Virus record (IMG/VR): IMGVR_UViG_3300032212_000038
Span: 1-42,312 of that record
Length of the DNA stretch: 42,312 bases
Source of the DNA: a virus
Taxonomy: Duplodnaviria; Caudoviricetes
Strand: one strand, 5' to 3'
Positions 17,163-27,300 of the stretch are shown here, one piece after another. A program made the translations under genes and the position numbers. A model generated the notes under the pieces. It saw nothing but the letters and a program-made list of their open reading frames with translations, was not told where the DNA came from and ran no database searches. Each line of letters starts with the position of its first letter. The first letter of the stretch is position 1.

Positions 17163-18101
17163 TTACGCAGGTACTAAGAAAGCAACACCAGCGTCGTCAC
17201 GTAGCTCAGCCACGCCATAGATCATATCAGAAGTGAATAGATCACCCAGATACTCTTGGACGTAAGATGATTGTGTACGAACACCCATCTGCTCTGCAAG
17301 TACGAAAGCGTCCTTATGGAACATCATACCAACACGATAGTTAGTAGTAGTGTCATCAGCAGCTACGGTCGGGCAGTTTGTAGAAACATACACTTCCATA
17401 CCATAGATGTCACCAATCTTACCATTCCGGATCGAGTTAGCACCGCCTATTTCACCAACATATGCTTGCTCAGTAAAACGTGGCAGACCCATAAGAGTCT
17501 TCTTCTCAACAGGGGGGATTACCAGTACACGATTCTGCATTGGGACATTAGCATCGTCGAGGGTTTGGATCATCTCACGGATACCGTCATCAGTCAGAGT
17601 CGTACCATTACCAGTATTAGTAGAAGCAGAGCCGTCCCACACAGTAGAACCGTCGCCACCGATTACCGCAGTTGAATAAGCAGTACCGCCTTGTAACCCA
17701 CCGGCTAAGCCCCAGATGTCGTCATCGACTTGTGAAGCCAGTGCATAACCAGCATCATCAGTCTGGAACCGACGTAATGAGTCTAACGCCTGAATAGCGA
17801 TAATATCTTCAATTACGAATGAATATTCATAATGTTTATCTAATAGAACTGTTAGTTCACTAGAGTTGTTCTGATTCAAAGTAACTTGTGAACCAACAAC
17901 CTTAGCGTTAGCAGCACCACGGGTAGGCTTAGGAATGTGAATAGTATCACCTTTCTTACCTTTGTGATTAATCTTACTTACAAGATTAGCTAGAACTAAG
18001 TTCTGTTTGTATGCAGCGATGATATCGTCTGACCAAAGTTCAGGGATAAACTCTTGAACAGAAGCAGCGGTATTCGCTAGATGGTTAGTACCTAAAGCCA
18101 T
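17163..18101 (-). CDS. Major capsid protein
   Basis: FIPELWS, KKGDTIHIPKP, AGYALA..VD, G.IG.IYG..VYVS, D..YGV.ELR; follows the scaffold gene. Confidence 0.9.
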   Translation of the reverse strand: MALGTNHLANTAASVQEFIPELWSDDIIAAYKQNLVLANLVSKINHKGKKGDTIHIPKPTRGAANAKVVGSQVTLNQNNSSELTVLLDKHYEYSFVIEDIIAIQALDSLRRFQTDDAGYALASQVDDDIWGLAGGLQGGTAYSTAVIGGDGSTVWDGSASTNTGNGTTLTDDGIREMIQTLDDANVPMQNRVLVIPPVEKKTLMGLPRFTEQAYVGEIGGANSIRNGKIGDIYGMEVYVSTNCPTVAADDTTTNYRVGMMFHKDAFVLAEQMGVRTQSSYVQEYLGDLFTSDMIYGVAELRDDAGVAFLVPA

Positions 18102-18126
18102 TTTATTTATTACCTATATTATATAA

Positions 18127-18951
18127 TTAACGGACTCTACCTTCAGCATAAGCTTGGTAGATTTCATCTGACATAGCGTCATAGCGAGAAGGGTCACGTA
18201 AGCGTAATTCCATAAGTTGTTTACGGCTGTAAACTTTCTTAGTCTTAGCGCCCGTACTTGTGCCTTTCTCAGTAGCAGCGTCCTTTATAACCTTCTTAAC
18301 ATTCTTCTCTTTAGTCTCTTGTGCTTCCTTAACTACAGTACCTTGAATGTCTTTATACAAGGTCAAAAGCTCATCAGCAATATCATACTTGTAGTTAGTA
18401 TTCGCATCTTTAAACATCTGAGTACGAATAGGACTACCAGTAACCCATTCAGCAAAAGAGTCTGAGGATACTACATCCTGCCAATCAGAATGCTTACTCT
18501 CAAATACATCTTTAGCTTCTTTAATTGCATTAGCTTTTAGATTTTCTTGTACCTCTTTAATAAGAGGGTTATTAGCCACAGCATCAGATATAACTCTGTC
18601 TGGGTCATCTAATAGAGTGTCTACATCTACCTTCTGGGCCTCAAGCTTTTCAGAAGTAGTGCTCTTCTCTTCGAGTTTAAGTTCCAATAATTGATCAATA
18701 AGCTTACGCTGCTCGCCTAGCTCATTGTTTTTACGTCCAAACTCTTTCTCTAAATTACTGTAACTCTCAACAATATCCTCAACACTCTTACCTTTAAACT
18801 TATCTGGGATAGCAGAGGCATCTTCCTCTACTTCTTTAATAAGATCTTTAGGTGTGTCTTGGACTTCATCTACTGTTACTTCATCTAGATTAACAAGTCC
18901 TTCTTCATTTTCAATTATTGTTTCCTGCTCGACTACGATATTATCAGTCAT
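18127..18951 (-). CDS. Capsid scaffolding protein
   Basis: Acidic coiled coil; IPDKFKGKS..DIV.SY.NLEK..G; C-terminus EIYQAYAEGRVR. Confidence 0.85.
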   Translation of the reverse strand: MTDNIVVEQETIIENEEGLVNLDEVTVDEVQDTPKDLIKEVEEDASAIPDKFKGKSVEDIVESYSNLEKEFGRKNNELGEQRKLIDQLLELKLEEKSTTSEKLEAQKVDVDTLLDDPDRVISDAVANNPLIKEVQENLKANAIKEAKDVFESKHSDWQDVVSSDSFAEWVTGSPIRTQMFKDANTNYKYDIADELLTLYKDIQGTVVKEAQETKEKNVKKVIKDAATEKGTSTGAKTKKVYSRKQLMELRLRDPSRYDAMSDEIYQAYAEGRVR

Positions 18952-18976
18952 TGTTTCCGCCTTATAGGTTTGGGAA

Positions 18977-19264
18977 TTAGTCTTCTAAGATATTTCCCGA
19001 GGTAACCCCGGTATCTTCGTTCATCTCTTTCAGTTGGTTCTCGACCATATATTCATAGCTATATGCATAGCGTAGAGCGTCGATATAACCACGTCTATAT
19101 TGCCATTCATCATTGGTCTTACACTCGTCAGAAGCGTTACCAATCTTATGATTAAGCTGACTTTCTAGATCCTTAAGGATTACCTTCCAGCCACTGTGAG
19201 AAAATAAATCAACAAGGTTTTCTAACTCTTGTTGTAACTGCTCTTTAGAGATCTTCTGATCCAT
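18977..19264 (-). CDS. Small head-module protein
   Basis: LF...GWK and YRRG motifs; lies between portal and scaffold. Confidence 0.7.
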   Translation of the reverse strand: MDQKISKEQLQQELENLVDLFSHSGWKVILKDLESQLNHKIGNASDECKTNDEWQYRRGYIDALRYAYSYEYMVENQLKEMNEDTGVTSGNILED

Positions 19265-21254
19265 TTAGTTTTTCGCCTGTAGTTGATTGAGCTTCCGTCT
19301 GGAGAGCGTCAACATGTTTTTGATAAGCATCTAGTTGAATACCTATCTCTTCTGATTCCGTTTTAGCTAGGTTAAGAAGTGCTTCAGTTTCGAGTTTAAC
19401 TCTCTGATCAGCCACTTTTTCTTGTTCTATCATTACGCGGGCCATTTCAGTCTTAGCTCTCATCAATTCAATCTGACGGCTTTCCTGCTTATCTTGAACA
19501 AGGACTTGTAGCTCTTGCTGTTTAAGCTGAACCATCGGATCTGGTTGTGGTTGTAAAGACTGTTGTAGCATCTGGTCAACAAGTTGTAACATTTGCTCTT
19601 TATTAGCTATGCTAGAGTTGTCATAGATACTACGGATAAGCATCCAGTATGCTGGACTGTCTGGCGGAACAGTATTAAGCAAGCTCGTCAGTTGCTGCTG
19701 TTCTACCTCCCTAGCCATAATACCAAGAGTGCTATACGCTTTGAACTTAATATCCATAGTAGGATACCGTTCTGAGTCTAACTGCATATAACGCCATGCA
19801 GTCTTCTGTAACATAGGATTAATGAAAGTACGCTCTATATTAGATAGAGTTCTCTTACTTCTCTTAATACTACCTGATAGCATCATACTCATACCAGATG
19901 CAGTATTGTTACGTGCATTGACTGATACAGGTGCTGCGCTATCCATACTACCAGTAGCCATCTGAACCATACGTTCTAGGTCACCTGACTGATGGAAAGT
20001 ATTACTGCTTACCTGCCCGAAGTTAAACGGACGTAAGACTGTATTCGGATCACCGTTTGTATAAACATTACGGCCCGGCTCTACTGCAAACGTACCGCCT
20101 CTAGGGATACGAGTAGCATCTACTCCCATCATAGGGTGTACTGTCAACGCCATAGCGTCTATACGGGCTCTTAATTCAGCGTCTAAAGCTTTCTGAGGGT
20201 TATACCCTTTCTCAGCTACGCCTCGGCCCCAGAATCGATTAGGGACTGTGTCGTGCTGGTATGCAATAAACCCACGATCACTCATAAGGTGTGGATTCTT
20301 AACTGCCTTCAACAGTATGTCATCATTAGCAATAGTGATAATAGCTTCTACAAAGTCAATAGTGTCCGCTTCATAATCATCTTCATCACCAAAGAGATCT
20401 ACATATTCCTCATCATCCTCTACTTCTAGAGGTAGTAGGTTAGAAGGGATAAGTCCGTGATACTCTACTATCTTAGTACTGTCCAGAGAGAGAGGGTTCT
20501 TAGACTCACCTTTAGGATTAAGATCCATATCATCAGTGAAGGTACCAATATCACCACTCAGGTAAATACCTTCTTGTTGTTTCTTAATAACAGAGTGCTT
20601 AGGGACTACAGTGATATGAGCACACCCTAACGCCTCATCGATAGTTCTTGCAGTTGCATCAATTGCAAACTCATCAGGAGCTACAGGTACTACGCTTACT
20701 TGGATTCGAGTATTTTCTTCTATACTAGCCTCTCTAATACCTGCACCTAAGTCGATAGAGGTTAAGCTTTTACGAGGAACTTCCTCTACTATGATCTTAC
20801 CTATACCTGTTCCATATAAGGCACCGTTAAGGAATACTTCTGACAAAGCAGCTTTAACACCAGCCTCTTCTAGGTCTTCCTGTAGGACGTTACGATAGTG
20901 TAATATCTCTTGGTTGTTCTGATCAAGTAGGTCATCTTCTAAATCAAACCATTTACCCTTACCAAAAACAGCCTCTTCTTCTTCTGCAACAGCACTTTCA
21001 ATGGCCTGTTGCAGTGCCGGGACTATAAGCTTACTACGTTCTGATTTACGACTTTTATCTTGTTCGTTGTAGATCCCGCGCCAGAGACGATAGTATTCAT
21101 CCCACCTCTCTTTAAAATTAGAATCTCTGTACTCAATCCAAGGCTGTACCGTAGATAGTACCCAAGAAACTAGTCGATCTTCTCTAGTACCAATATACTT
21201 AGAGTTATCGTCTCGTTCCTCTCCTTCACTATTTATAACTATATTATCAGTCAT
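19245..21254 (-). CDS. Portal protein
   Basis: 669 aa; YYRLWRGI, LYGTGIGKI, FWGRGVAEKGYNPQKALD; Q-rich C-terminal barrel; follows TerL. Confidence 0.9.
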   Translation of the reverse strand: MTDNIVINSEGEERDDNSKYIGTREDRLVSWVLSTVQPWIEYRDSNFKERWDEYYRLWRGIYNEQDKSRKSERSKLIVPALQQAIESAVAEEEEAVFGKGKWFDLEDDLLDQNNQEILHYRNVLQEDLEEAGVKAALSEVFLNGALYGTGIGKIIVEEVPRKSLTSIDLGAGIREASIEENTRIQVSVVPVAPDEFAIDATARTIDEALGCAHITVVPKHSVIKKQQEGIYLSGDIGTFTDDMDLNPKGESKNPLSLDSTKIVEYHGLIPSNLLPLEVEDDEEYVDLFGDEDDYEADTIDFVEAIITIANDDILLKAVKNPHLMSDRGFIAYQHDTVPNRFWGRGVAEKGYNPQKALDAELRARIDAMALTVHPMMGVDATRIPRGGTFAVEPGRNVYTNGDPNTVLRPFNFGQVSSNTFHQSGDLERMVQMATGSMDSAAPVSVNARNNTASGMSMMLSGSIKRSKRTLSNIERTFINPMLQKTAWRYMQLDSERYPTMDIKFKAYSTLGIMAREVEQQQLTSLLNTVPPDSPAYWMLIRSIYDNSSIANKEQMLQLVDQMLQQSLQPQPDPMVQLKQQELQVLVQDKQESRQIELMRAKTEMARVMIEQEKVADQRVKLETEALLNLAKTESEEIGIQLDAYQKHVDALQTEAQSTTGEKLNGSEDL

Positions 21255-22531
21255 TAAATGCCCGCTATACTATCCAGTGGTTGCCATGTATCTTCTTCAA
21301 ACTCATCCATATATATCACCGAGGAGAGTTGATCTATGTACGCTAGTGCGTCCGGTAAGTCGTCATGAGACATAGGATTAGGGAAATCTAGTAATTGATC
21401 TGTAAGATTCTTAATCCAAGGCTCTCCCTCTTTGAAGAAGATCCTGCCGTGTTCAAAACGGCCTTGCAGTGCCCATGTAATTCTTTCTACTTTCTTCTTA
21501 CCGCCGTGAGTAAGTGTCTCAATGTGGAAGAAAACTCCCAACCTCCGCATTTGATCATGCAGGTAATCATTCATAGCATTCTTGAGAGACCCGCCTTCAA
21601 TACCTACGGCCCTAGGTCTGTACTTCTGAGCAGCTCTTACTATCTGTAAGCTTGCTTCCCGTGTACCCCATCTACCATGTATGATATCGTGTACAAACCA
21701 ACCAGAAGGGGACACTTCTACTACGGCTATGGCCATCTCATCTAGTCTAGATACGGCAGATTTAACCATCCCTGTACCAGCTCCGAACCCTGCGGGGTCA
21801 ACAGCTATATATATCTCTCCGGGTTCCGGGCTCTCAGCACACTCTTGGAACATAGAAGCTTTAAAGCTACCACCGCCTCCAGAGGAGAAAGAGGCCTCAA
21901 ACTCTTGTCTAAAGGCGTCTGCTGACATACGTGATCTTGCCTTCTCAATCTCTTTAGTGGAAATCATGGGATTATCCATACTGTTAAAAGAGAAAGACTC
22001 CCATTCTTCTGTATTATGGCCTTGTAACCATAGCTCATAGAAGTGGTTCTTACCGTCAGGGGTTCCTATAAACAGAGCATCCCCCTCTACGTCAGCTAAG
22101 GTAGGACTTATAATAAGATCCCATACCTCAGGCTTCATGAATGCATATTCGTCCATCACTACATAAGAGATAGCCACACCTCGTAAGGTATCAGGCCTAT
22201 CAGATCCCTTAATCTGGATCGTTCTGCCATTAATTAGTGTTAATGTTGCAGTGTTCTCATGCGCTTTCTTTATTACTTTCTGCCCTATATCCTTGAGCAG
22301 GTTCCACATAATGTCCTTACCTTGTTGGAAAGTAGGAGCTACGTACCAGACCTCTTTACCTTTAAGAGGGTACCCAAAACGATTCTCATTCTCTAGACCT
22401 TTTAGGAGTAGTGTTACTGCAGAGAGGTAACTCTTACCTCCTCGTCTCCCTGCTGCACATACTTTAAATCTAGCTTTTGAATTTAGAATCTCTAGTTGCT
22501 TCTCATGGAGGCTAAAGTCTAAATGTGACAT
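21254..22531 (-). CDS. terL: Terminase large subunit
   Basis: AGRRGGKS Walker A, VVMDE Walker B, FIGTP, FRQEFEASF, AVDPAG, HDDLPDAL. Confidence 0.95.
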   Translation of the reverse strand: MSHLDFSLHEKQLEILNSKARFKVCAAGRRGGKSYLSAVTLLLKGLENENRFGYPLKGKEVWYVAPTFQQGKDIMWNLLKDIGQKVIKKAHENTATLTLINGRTIQIKGSDRPDTLRGVAISYVVMDEYAFMKPEVWDLIISPTLADVEGDALFIGTPDGKNHFYELWLQGHNTEEWESFSFNSMDNPMISTKEIEKARSRMSADAFRQEFEASFSSGGGGSFKASMFQECAESPEPGEIYIAVDPAGFGAGTGMVKSAVSRLDEMAIAVVEVSPSGWFVHDIIHGRWGTREASLQIVRAAQKYRPRAVGIEGGSLKNAMNDYLHDQMRRLGVFFHIETLTHGGKKKVERITWALQGRFEHGRIFFKEGEPWIKNLTDQLLDFPNPMSHDDLPDALAYIDQLSSVIYMDEFEEDTWQPLDSIAGI

Positions 22532-22540
22532 CGTGTACCC

Positions 22541-22705
22541 TTATTGAACCTTACCTGTACTAGAGCCTGTTATCCTAGCAGCCATACCGTCACGGGCTTT
22601 ACCCTTCTCGATAGTGCATACCTTAGGAGGGGCTTGCTTAGAGGGCTTAGCCCCTATCTGTACCATTTTAGAGGCCTTCTGCCCCTTTGAGCTAATATCT
22701 GCCAT
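22541..22705 (-). CDS. Small basic hypothetical protein (probable start 22705)
   Basis: MADISSKGQKASK..., K-rich; starts right after the 424 aa gene stop. Confidence 0.5.
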   Translation of the reverse strand: MADISSKGQKASKMVQIGAKPSKQAPPKVCTIEKGKARDGMAARITGSSTGKVQ

Positions 22706-22706
22706 C

Positions 22707-23981
22707 TTAATGCCTTGTATTAAACTTATGATTAGGTGTGATATATCCGATCTGCTTAGTCTTATTCTTATCAAACCATGATAATCCAGTAGATGCAGCT
22801 ACCTGATAAGTAACCGTCCAAGACGCGGATCTAACGCCTGTAGCTGCCCTGATAACCTGACATTCAACCGTCTGATCCACTACTGGCATTGAGTCAAGTA
22901 TCCACTCAGAGTCAGCATTAGTTGTGAATGTAATAGCACTAGGCGTTGTTGCGTCAGGATATTCAAGCTGGTCTGTCGTTACAGGTGCTGGCGTACCTTC
23001 ATAGCCATAGGCTAAGTATTCATCGCCGCTGTACACGGGAGAGACTAAATCAATATAGCTTCGACCACTCTCAGGGGTAAATGGCACGTTAGCGCTAGTG
23101 TCGCTGCTGGCATCATCTGCCGTTACCGTGAAGCCATAACCTGTTGCGTCATACTGTAAATTAGTTCCGCTCGTAACCGTCACATCAATACTGGTGTCAG
23201 ACCAGCTTACAATAGTACAAGCCTCTGTACTAAAATCAACGCCGCCAGTACCCTGAGAAGCACCGAATCCCGTACCTGTGATTGTAACAGTCTCACCACG
23301 CGCTACGGTTGCGGGCACTGTTGAAATACTTGCACCAGAAGTCGCCTCTGCAATCTCGAAGGCTAGACCGTACACCTGGCGATACCCGAATGAAGCGCTT
23401 TCAAGTGTCTGCGTTGTATCTTCTGACGCTTGGTAGAAACCAGCTAAACTGAAAGTAGGGCTTGCATCTTCCACTAATGAATCAAGTATTAACGTGTAAC
23501 CGGCTGGCGTAGTGAATGAACCTGTATTAAAAACCATACCGCCAAAATTCAATGCCATGTTTGTAGCACTAGCAAAAGCAGACATCGTTGTAAATGCGGC
23601 GGGTGAGCTTGGGTTATTTATGTTGATTGCTTGAGTTTGTACAAATACTGTATCGACTGTGCTGGCCGTAGATGCACCAGCTAACTGCATGACATTGGCT
23701 TGCCATGTCTGGGAGGCTGCATAATTAACAGTGACCTGACCAGAGCCGGGACTTGCACCTACACGCCATGCGTAAACATGAAGCACACCAGATTCGGCAA
23801 TCTTTGTGAAAGTGGGCGAGCCTGACCAGCTGCCTGTAACACTTGACGGGTCTGTTACTGATGCAGATAGGATAGAGACAACAATTACATCGTTTTCAGC
23901 AGGGGTAAAAGCATCGCCCATCGCCGCCGATGTAGAATAACTGGCATCGCCTGAGCCGCGTTCTGTTACAGTGAATGCCAT
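22707..23981 (-). CDS. Virion-associated beta-rich protein with an IPT/TIG (Ig-like) domain
   Basis: GETVTITGTGFGASQGTG.V......IVSWSDTSI.VTV IPT/TIG signature; S/T/A-rich. Confidence 0.75.
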   Translation of the reverse strand: MAFTVTERGSGDASYSTSAAMGDAFTPAENDVIVVSILSASVTDPSSVTGSWSGSPTFTKIAESGVLHVYAWRVGASPGSGQVTVNYAASQTWQANVMQLAGASTASTVDTVFVQTQAININNPSSPAAFTTMSAFASATNMALNFGGMVFNTGSFTTPAGYTLILDSLVEDASPTFSLAGFYQASEDTTQTLESASFGYRQVYGLAFEIAEATSGASISTVPATVARGETVTITGTGFGASQGTGGVDFSTEACTIVSWSDTSIDVTVTSGTNLQYDATGYGFTVTADDASSDTSANVPFTPESGRSYIDLVSPVYSGDEYLAYGYEGTPAPVTTDQLEYPDATTPSAITFTTNADSEWILDSMPVVDQTVECQVIRAATGVRSASWTVTYQVAASTGLSWFDKNKTKQIGYITPNHKFNTRH

Positions 23982-24484
23982 AAGGCATCATCCTCTTGGT
24001 AATATTCTTTCAAATCATTATAACGATAATCGTTAGTAGGTAAATGTGTAAAACTGTTAGCCCAAGGTAATCTGCCCGGATTATGTTTAGACCAGTTCTC
24101 TCTCACACTTTCTGGCGTGAACTTATAAACATGAGTGTATATATGATCACCGTCTAATTTAACTTGATCGCTTTGTGGTAGCCAGTGTCTAGCCTCTGGA
24201 TGGTCATCATTAGTCAAAATAAAATCCACGAAAGACTCATAATCATCTGGAATCTCTTTAGAATTAGCATTATTCCTGCCTTCTACCTTCAACCAGTGAT
24301 ACATAGAGTAAGCTGATACAACCCGCTCACTCCATTCACGTATCCATAACACCCTTACAGGTACATCAATGATCTGTTCGGAGGTGTAAATATCACCATT
24401 ACGAATAGCATTTCTGAATGAAGTTGATCCGACCTTCGGTAGACAGCTTGTTGCAAATGTTCGTTCTTTATTACAAGTCCACAT
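23966..24484 (-). CDS. Sulfotransferase (Sulfotransfer_2 / carbohydrate sulfotransferase-like)
   Basis: LPKVGSTSF (5'-PSB loop), IREWSERVVSAY (3'-PB motif), F.DFI and HWLPQ. Confidence 0.75.
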   Translation of the reverse strand: MWTCNKERTFATSCLPKVGSTSFRNAIRNGDIYTSEQIIDVPVRVLWIREWSERVVSAYSMYHWLKVEGRNNANSKEIPDDYESFVDFILTNDDHPEARHWLPQSDQVKLDGDHIYTHVYKFTPESVRENWSKHNPGRLPWANSFTHLPTNDYRYNDLKEYYQEDDALWHSL

Positions 24485-26034
24485 TATGCACCGGCCGAAT
24501 ACGAACCTGTCAGCCCGATAACTTCCGAGCCTGTTTCATACGGCCCTGCATCAGTTGCACCGCCAGGCATTAAATTAATTGCCGCCGAACCTGTTTTATT
24601 TGTCCATGTTGTTCCGGGAGTGTCGAATAAATCAGCTAATGCATCAGTGACAGAGTTTGTGTCAGGGTTATCAACCTGCAATGATACGGTACTAGAGCCT
24701 GCAATAGTCTCAGCCTGCCATGCTGCGAGATTTGCGATGTTATCCTCTGTTGTATCGAATATGTCAAGGTTTACAAAATAAGTGCCGCTGTTTATTTGCA
24801 GCACATTGTAATCAGACTCAGTAAGCTGACCTACAACACCCGCTTGATAGACATTGTAATCACCTTCAATACTTAGAAAACTATTACAGTTAGCTGCAAT
24901 GTTTCCGTAGACTTCAATATCGTTCATAGCGGCTGCATGAATTGCGGTTGATACCGTACCCGCACCAGCGCCATATAAAACATTGTGCTCAATGCGTAGT
25001 CGAGTACCTTGATTGTTGCCTTCTCGCAACTCAGGACATGCTATGCAGCTATCGAGGCCATCGCCGCCTCCGACACTTCGAGTTGTTTGTAATACATTAT
25101 GGTGAATGTATTGTAATCCAGAATTAGGTGTGCCGATTGTCTGTGTTTGCATAAAGAATGGAATACCCGCTGTAATATCACAGTGGCGAACTTCCCAGCC
25201 ATCAACCACGCTTGACCCGTCAGTGTCATACCAAAAAGATTTCTGGAATAATCCCCCTGTATGTGCAGACAACTCGCTGTTTTCTAACAGGCAATTAGAT
25301 GATCCATAAGTCTGTATTGCATGTACGTCTGTCACCGAACCAACAACCTTGACATCTTTTACGATAGTATCTTCTACACCAAATAAACGAAGTGCTGCCG
25401 TGTTCTCACCGGGCGTTCGTATTGTAGGTGTGTCGAAGTAGCAATTTTCAATCCTTATACCCACAGATTTTGATGTTATATCTATTTGATGGCTTGCGCT
25501 ATCAGGTGCATTGATGTGACCCTGCTCTGCATTTGTAAAGCGCAGCCCGTAAAACTGCCAATAGTCTTGAAAGTTTAAATCAAAGTTACCGTAAGTACCT
25601 GCCGAATCAATAGTCACACTACCCTCATCACCAGACAAGGTTCTGAATGTGATAGGCTCAGCCAAAGTGCCAGAAGTACCGGCCTGCAAGTTTGCAAAAC
25701 CAGAATCATTCATTACATTTGCACCATTAACTGTATATGTCGTACCAGTACCAACGGAATCGACAAGGTTAATAGTATCGCCCGCCGTCACTGTATCAAT
25801 GGCTTTTTGTGGCGTTAAAAACGCGCCGCCTGCGCTATTAGTCGTGCCTGCATTACCATCATTACCGTCTGCCCTAACATAATACTGTGTGCCAGAGCCA
25901 ACACTAAAGGCAGGCGTAGCGCCAAACCATGTAAAACCAGCAGGACTGAACACGCCGAGCGGATCAAGACCACGCACCTTACCGTCAGTGTTATTGGCTG
26001 TGTAAGTTGACAAATCTACTGTGAAGTTAGGCAT
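24484..26034 (-). CDS. Right-handed beta-helix (pectin lyase-like) protein, putative depolymerase/adhesin
   Basis: YYV..DGNDGNAGT....FLTPQKAID....GDTI start; repeated IENC/IHHN/IEHN/VYGN rungs; SDYN. Confidence 0.8.
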   Translation of the reverse strand: MPNFTVDLSTYTANNTDGKVRGLDPLGVFSPAGFTWFGATPAFSVGSGTQYYVRADGNDGNAGTTNSAGGAFLTPQKAIDTVTAGDTINLVDSVGTGTTYTVNGANVMNDSGFANLQAGTSGTLAEPITFRTLSGDEGSVTIDSAGTYGNFDLNFQDYWQFYGLRFTNAEQGHINAPDSASHQIDITSKSVGIRIENCYFDTPTIRTPGENTAALRLFGVEDTIVKDVKVVGSVTDVHAIQTYGSSNCLLENSELSAHTGGLFQKSFWYDTDGSSVVDGWEVRHCDITAGIPFFMQTQTIGTPNSGLQYIHHNVLQTTRSVGGGDGLDSCIACPELREGNNQGTRLRIEHNVLYGAGAGTVSTAIHAAAMNDIEVYGNIAANCNSFLSIEGDYNVYQAGVVGQLTESDYNVLQINSGTYFVNLDIFDTTEDNIANLAAWQAETIAGSSTVSLQVDNPDTNSVTDALADLFDTPGTTWTNKTGSAAINLMPGGATDAGPYETGSEVIGLTGSYSAGA

Positions 26035-26045
26035 CTATAGTAGTC

Positions 26046-26375
26046 TTATTTATAGAAAGTTGCAGTTACAATACAGTTTGCTGTAGCTGATACTACAGAG
26101 ATAGTAGCTACGCCCTTAATATTACGTGCTGTAGGGTTCATCTCAGAAGCTGTACCGTCAGTGACATCTGCACTAGGGACAGCAGCAGTGCCTGTGTATC
26201 GAGCATAGAAGTCATTATCCGCTGAGAATACTACAAAATTAGCTCCTGCGGGGACTGTGAAAGATTCTGCTGTACCACCTGTACCTAGGATACGTGTATA
26301 CACTGAGTCATCTGGGGAAGGGAGGTGTAGGCTATGTTGACCGTTCTTATCTGATTCAAATATTAGACTTTTCAT
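26046..26375 (-). CDS. Small beta-rich hypothetical (possible virion) protein
   Basis: 109 aa, T/A/V-rich; TAATG coupling to the upstream gene. Confidence 0.65.
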   Translation of the reverse strand: MKSLIFESDKNGQHSLHLPSPDDSVYTRILGTGGTAESFTVPAGANFVVFSADNDFYARYTGTAAVPSADVTDGTASEMNPTARNIKGVATISVVSATANCIVTATFYK

Positions 26376-26719
26376 TAATCTTCTACCGTATAGTCGCCAT
26401 CCACTACTTCTTCATCTCTATCTGATAAGTGTGGGTTAGCTGTTAGTTTGGCTATATTGATAGTGATACCACCATCACCTAGTTTATCTGTATTAAACTC
26501 TACTGCTTTAGTGACAGGGATGAGCCTATCTAGAACCATCTTAGCTGCAGTGAGATCTCCCTCAATTGCCTTATCTATAACTGTCTGAGCTATAGCATTA
26601 AGGTTATCTAGCATGAGGTTAGTAGTCTTCTCACGCATTGCATCCTGCAATAAAGTCTTCTTATTCTTAGACCCTACTGGACGACCTCTTTTCTTCTTGG
26701 TAGTAGGGAGGTCAGACAC
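26375..26719 (-). CDS. terS: Probable terminase small subunit
   Basis: KKKRGRPVGSKNK AT-hook-like motif; VIDKAIEGDLTAAKMVLDRLIP; near the start of the structural arm. Confidence 0.65.
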   Translation of the reverse strand: MSDLPTTKKKRGRPVGSKNKKTLLQDAMREKTTNLMLDNLNAIAQTVIDKAIEGDLTAAKMVLDRLIPVTKAVEFNTDKLGDGGITINIAKLTANPHLSDRDEEVVDGDYTVED

Positions 26720-26867
26720 TACTTAAGATACCTTCAGCTTCTTTCTTAAATGAAGCATAGTCACCGTCTGCTACTCTAGCGTACTCTAGTTTTTTACCAG
26801 ATGAGTAGGTATAGGCAACATAGACGTCACCATAGCCTTCTCTATCTTCAATGCAGAATTCTATCAT
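26712..26867 (-). CDS. Hypothetical protein, 51 aa; not in the ORF track
   Basis: Hand translation MIEFCIEDREGYGDVYVAYTYSSGKKLEYARVADGDYASFKKEAEGILSSV; overlaps both neighbours. Confidence 0.65.
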   Translation of the reverse strand: MIEFCIEDREGYGDVYVAYTYSSGKKLEYARVADGDYASFKKEAEGILSSV

Positions 26868-26989
26868 TTAATACCTGATTTACGCATAGCGTCCTTAATC
26901 TTCTGTTTACGGCCCTTAAGCTTCTTACCAGCCTTAGCTGCCATTCCTGTACCTAGAGAAGAGACAGGTAAACGTCCTACTTTTTTCAT
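26864..26989 (-). CDS. Very basic 41 aa peptide, first gene of the structural arm; not in the ORF track
   Basis: MKKVGRLPVSSLGTGMAAKAGKKLKGRKQKIKDAMRKSGIK; GAGGTGG RBS; ATGA overlap. Confidence 0.65.
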   Translation of the reverse strand: MKKVGRLPVSSLGTGMAAKAGKKLKGRKQKIKDAMRKSGIK

Positions 26990-27125
26990 ACACCACCTCG
27001 TATATTATTTATATCTACCTATACTAGGCAGGTTCTATTATATTCTTTTTAATATTATTTATATTATAATAACCCCTACTTCCCTACCTACTCCAAATCT
27101 CTATAAAAATAAATAATATACTCTC

Positions 27126-27173
27126 TTAGACAACAAAAAAAGCAAAAAGTTCAATTTATTTTTAAATTATTTT
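27126..27173 (-). promoter_or_regulatory. sigmaE/AlgU-type promoter P1 with UP element, facing the structural arm
   Basis: Minus strand AAAATAATTTAAAAATAAATT-GAACTT-N16-TCTAA. Confidence 0.75.
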
Positions 27174-27300
27174 GCTTCACCTACGGTTAAGACTACCAGA
27201 AGGAACAGAAGGACAGTAGGTAAGAGGGTTTGGATGGGTAGGAATAACAGATTTCTTTAAGCATTAAATAATAACAGAGATCTTTCAAGATTATCAATGA

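Noticed and set aside
7882-25882. Plus-strand ORFs over the structural arm (e.g. 12644-13087, 14412-14765, 17271-17675, 21681-22040)
   Set aside because: They are antisense shadows of well-supported minus-strand genes, with no RBS or recognisable motifs.
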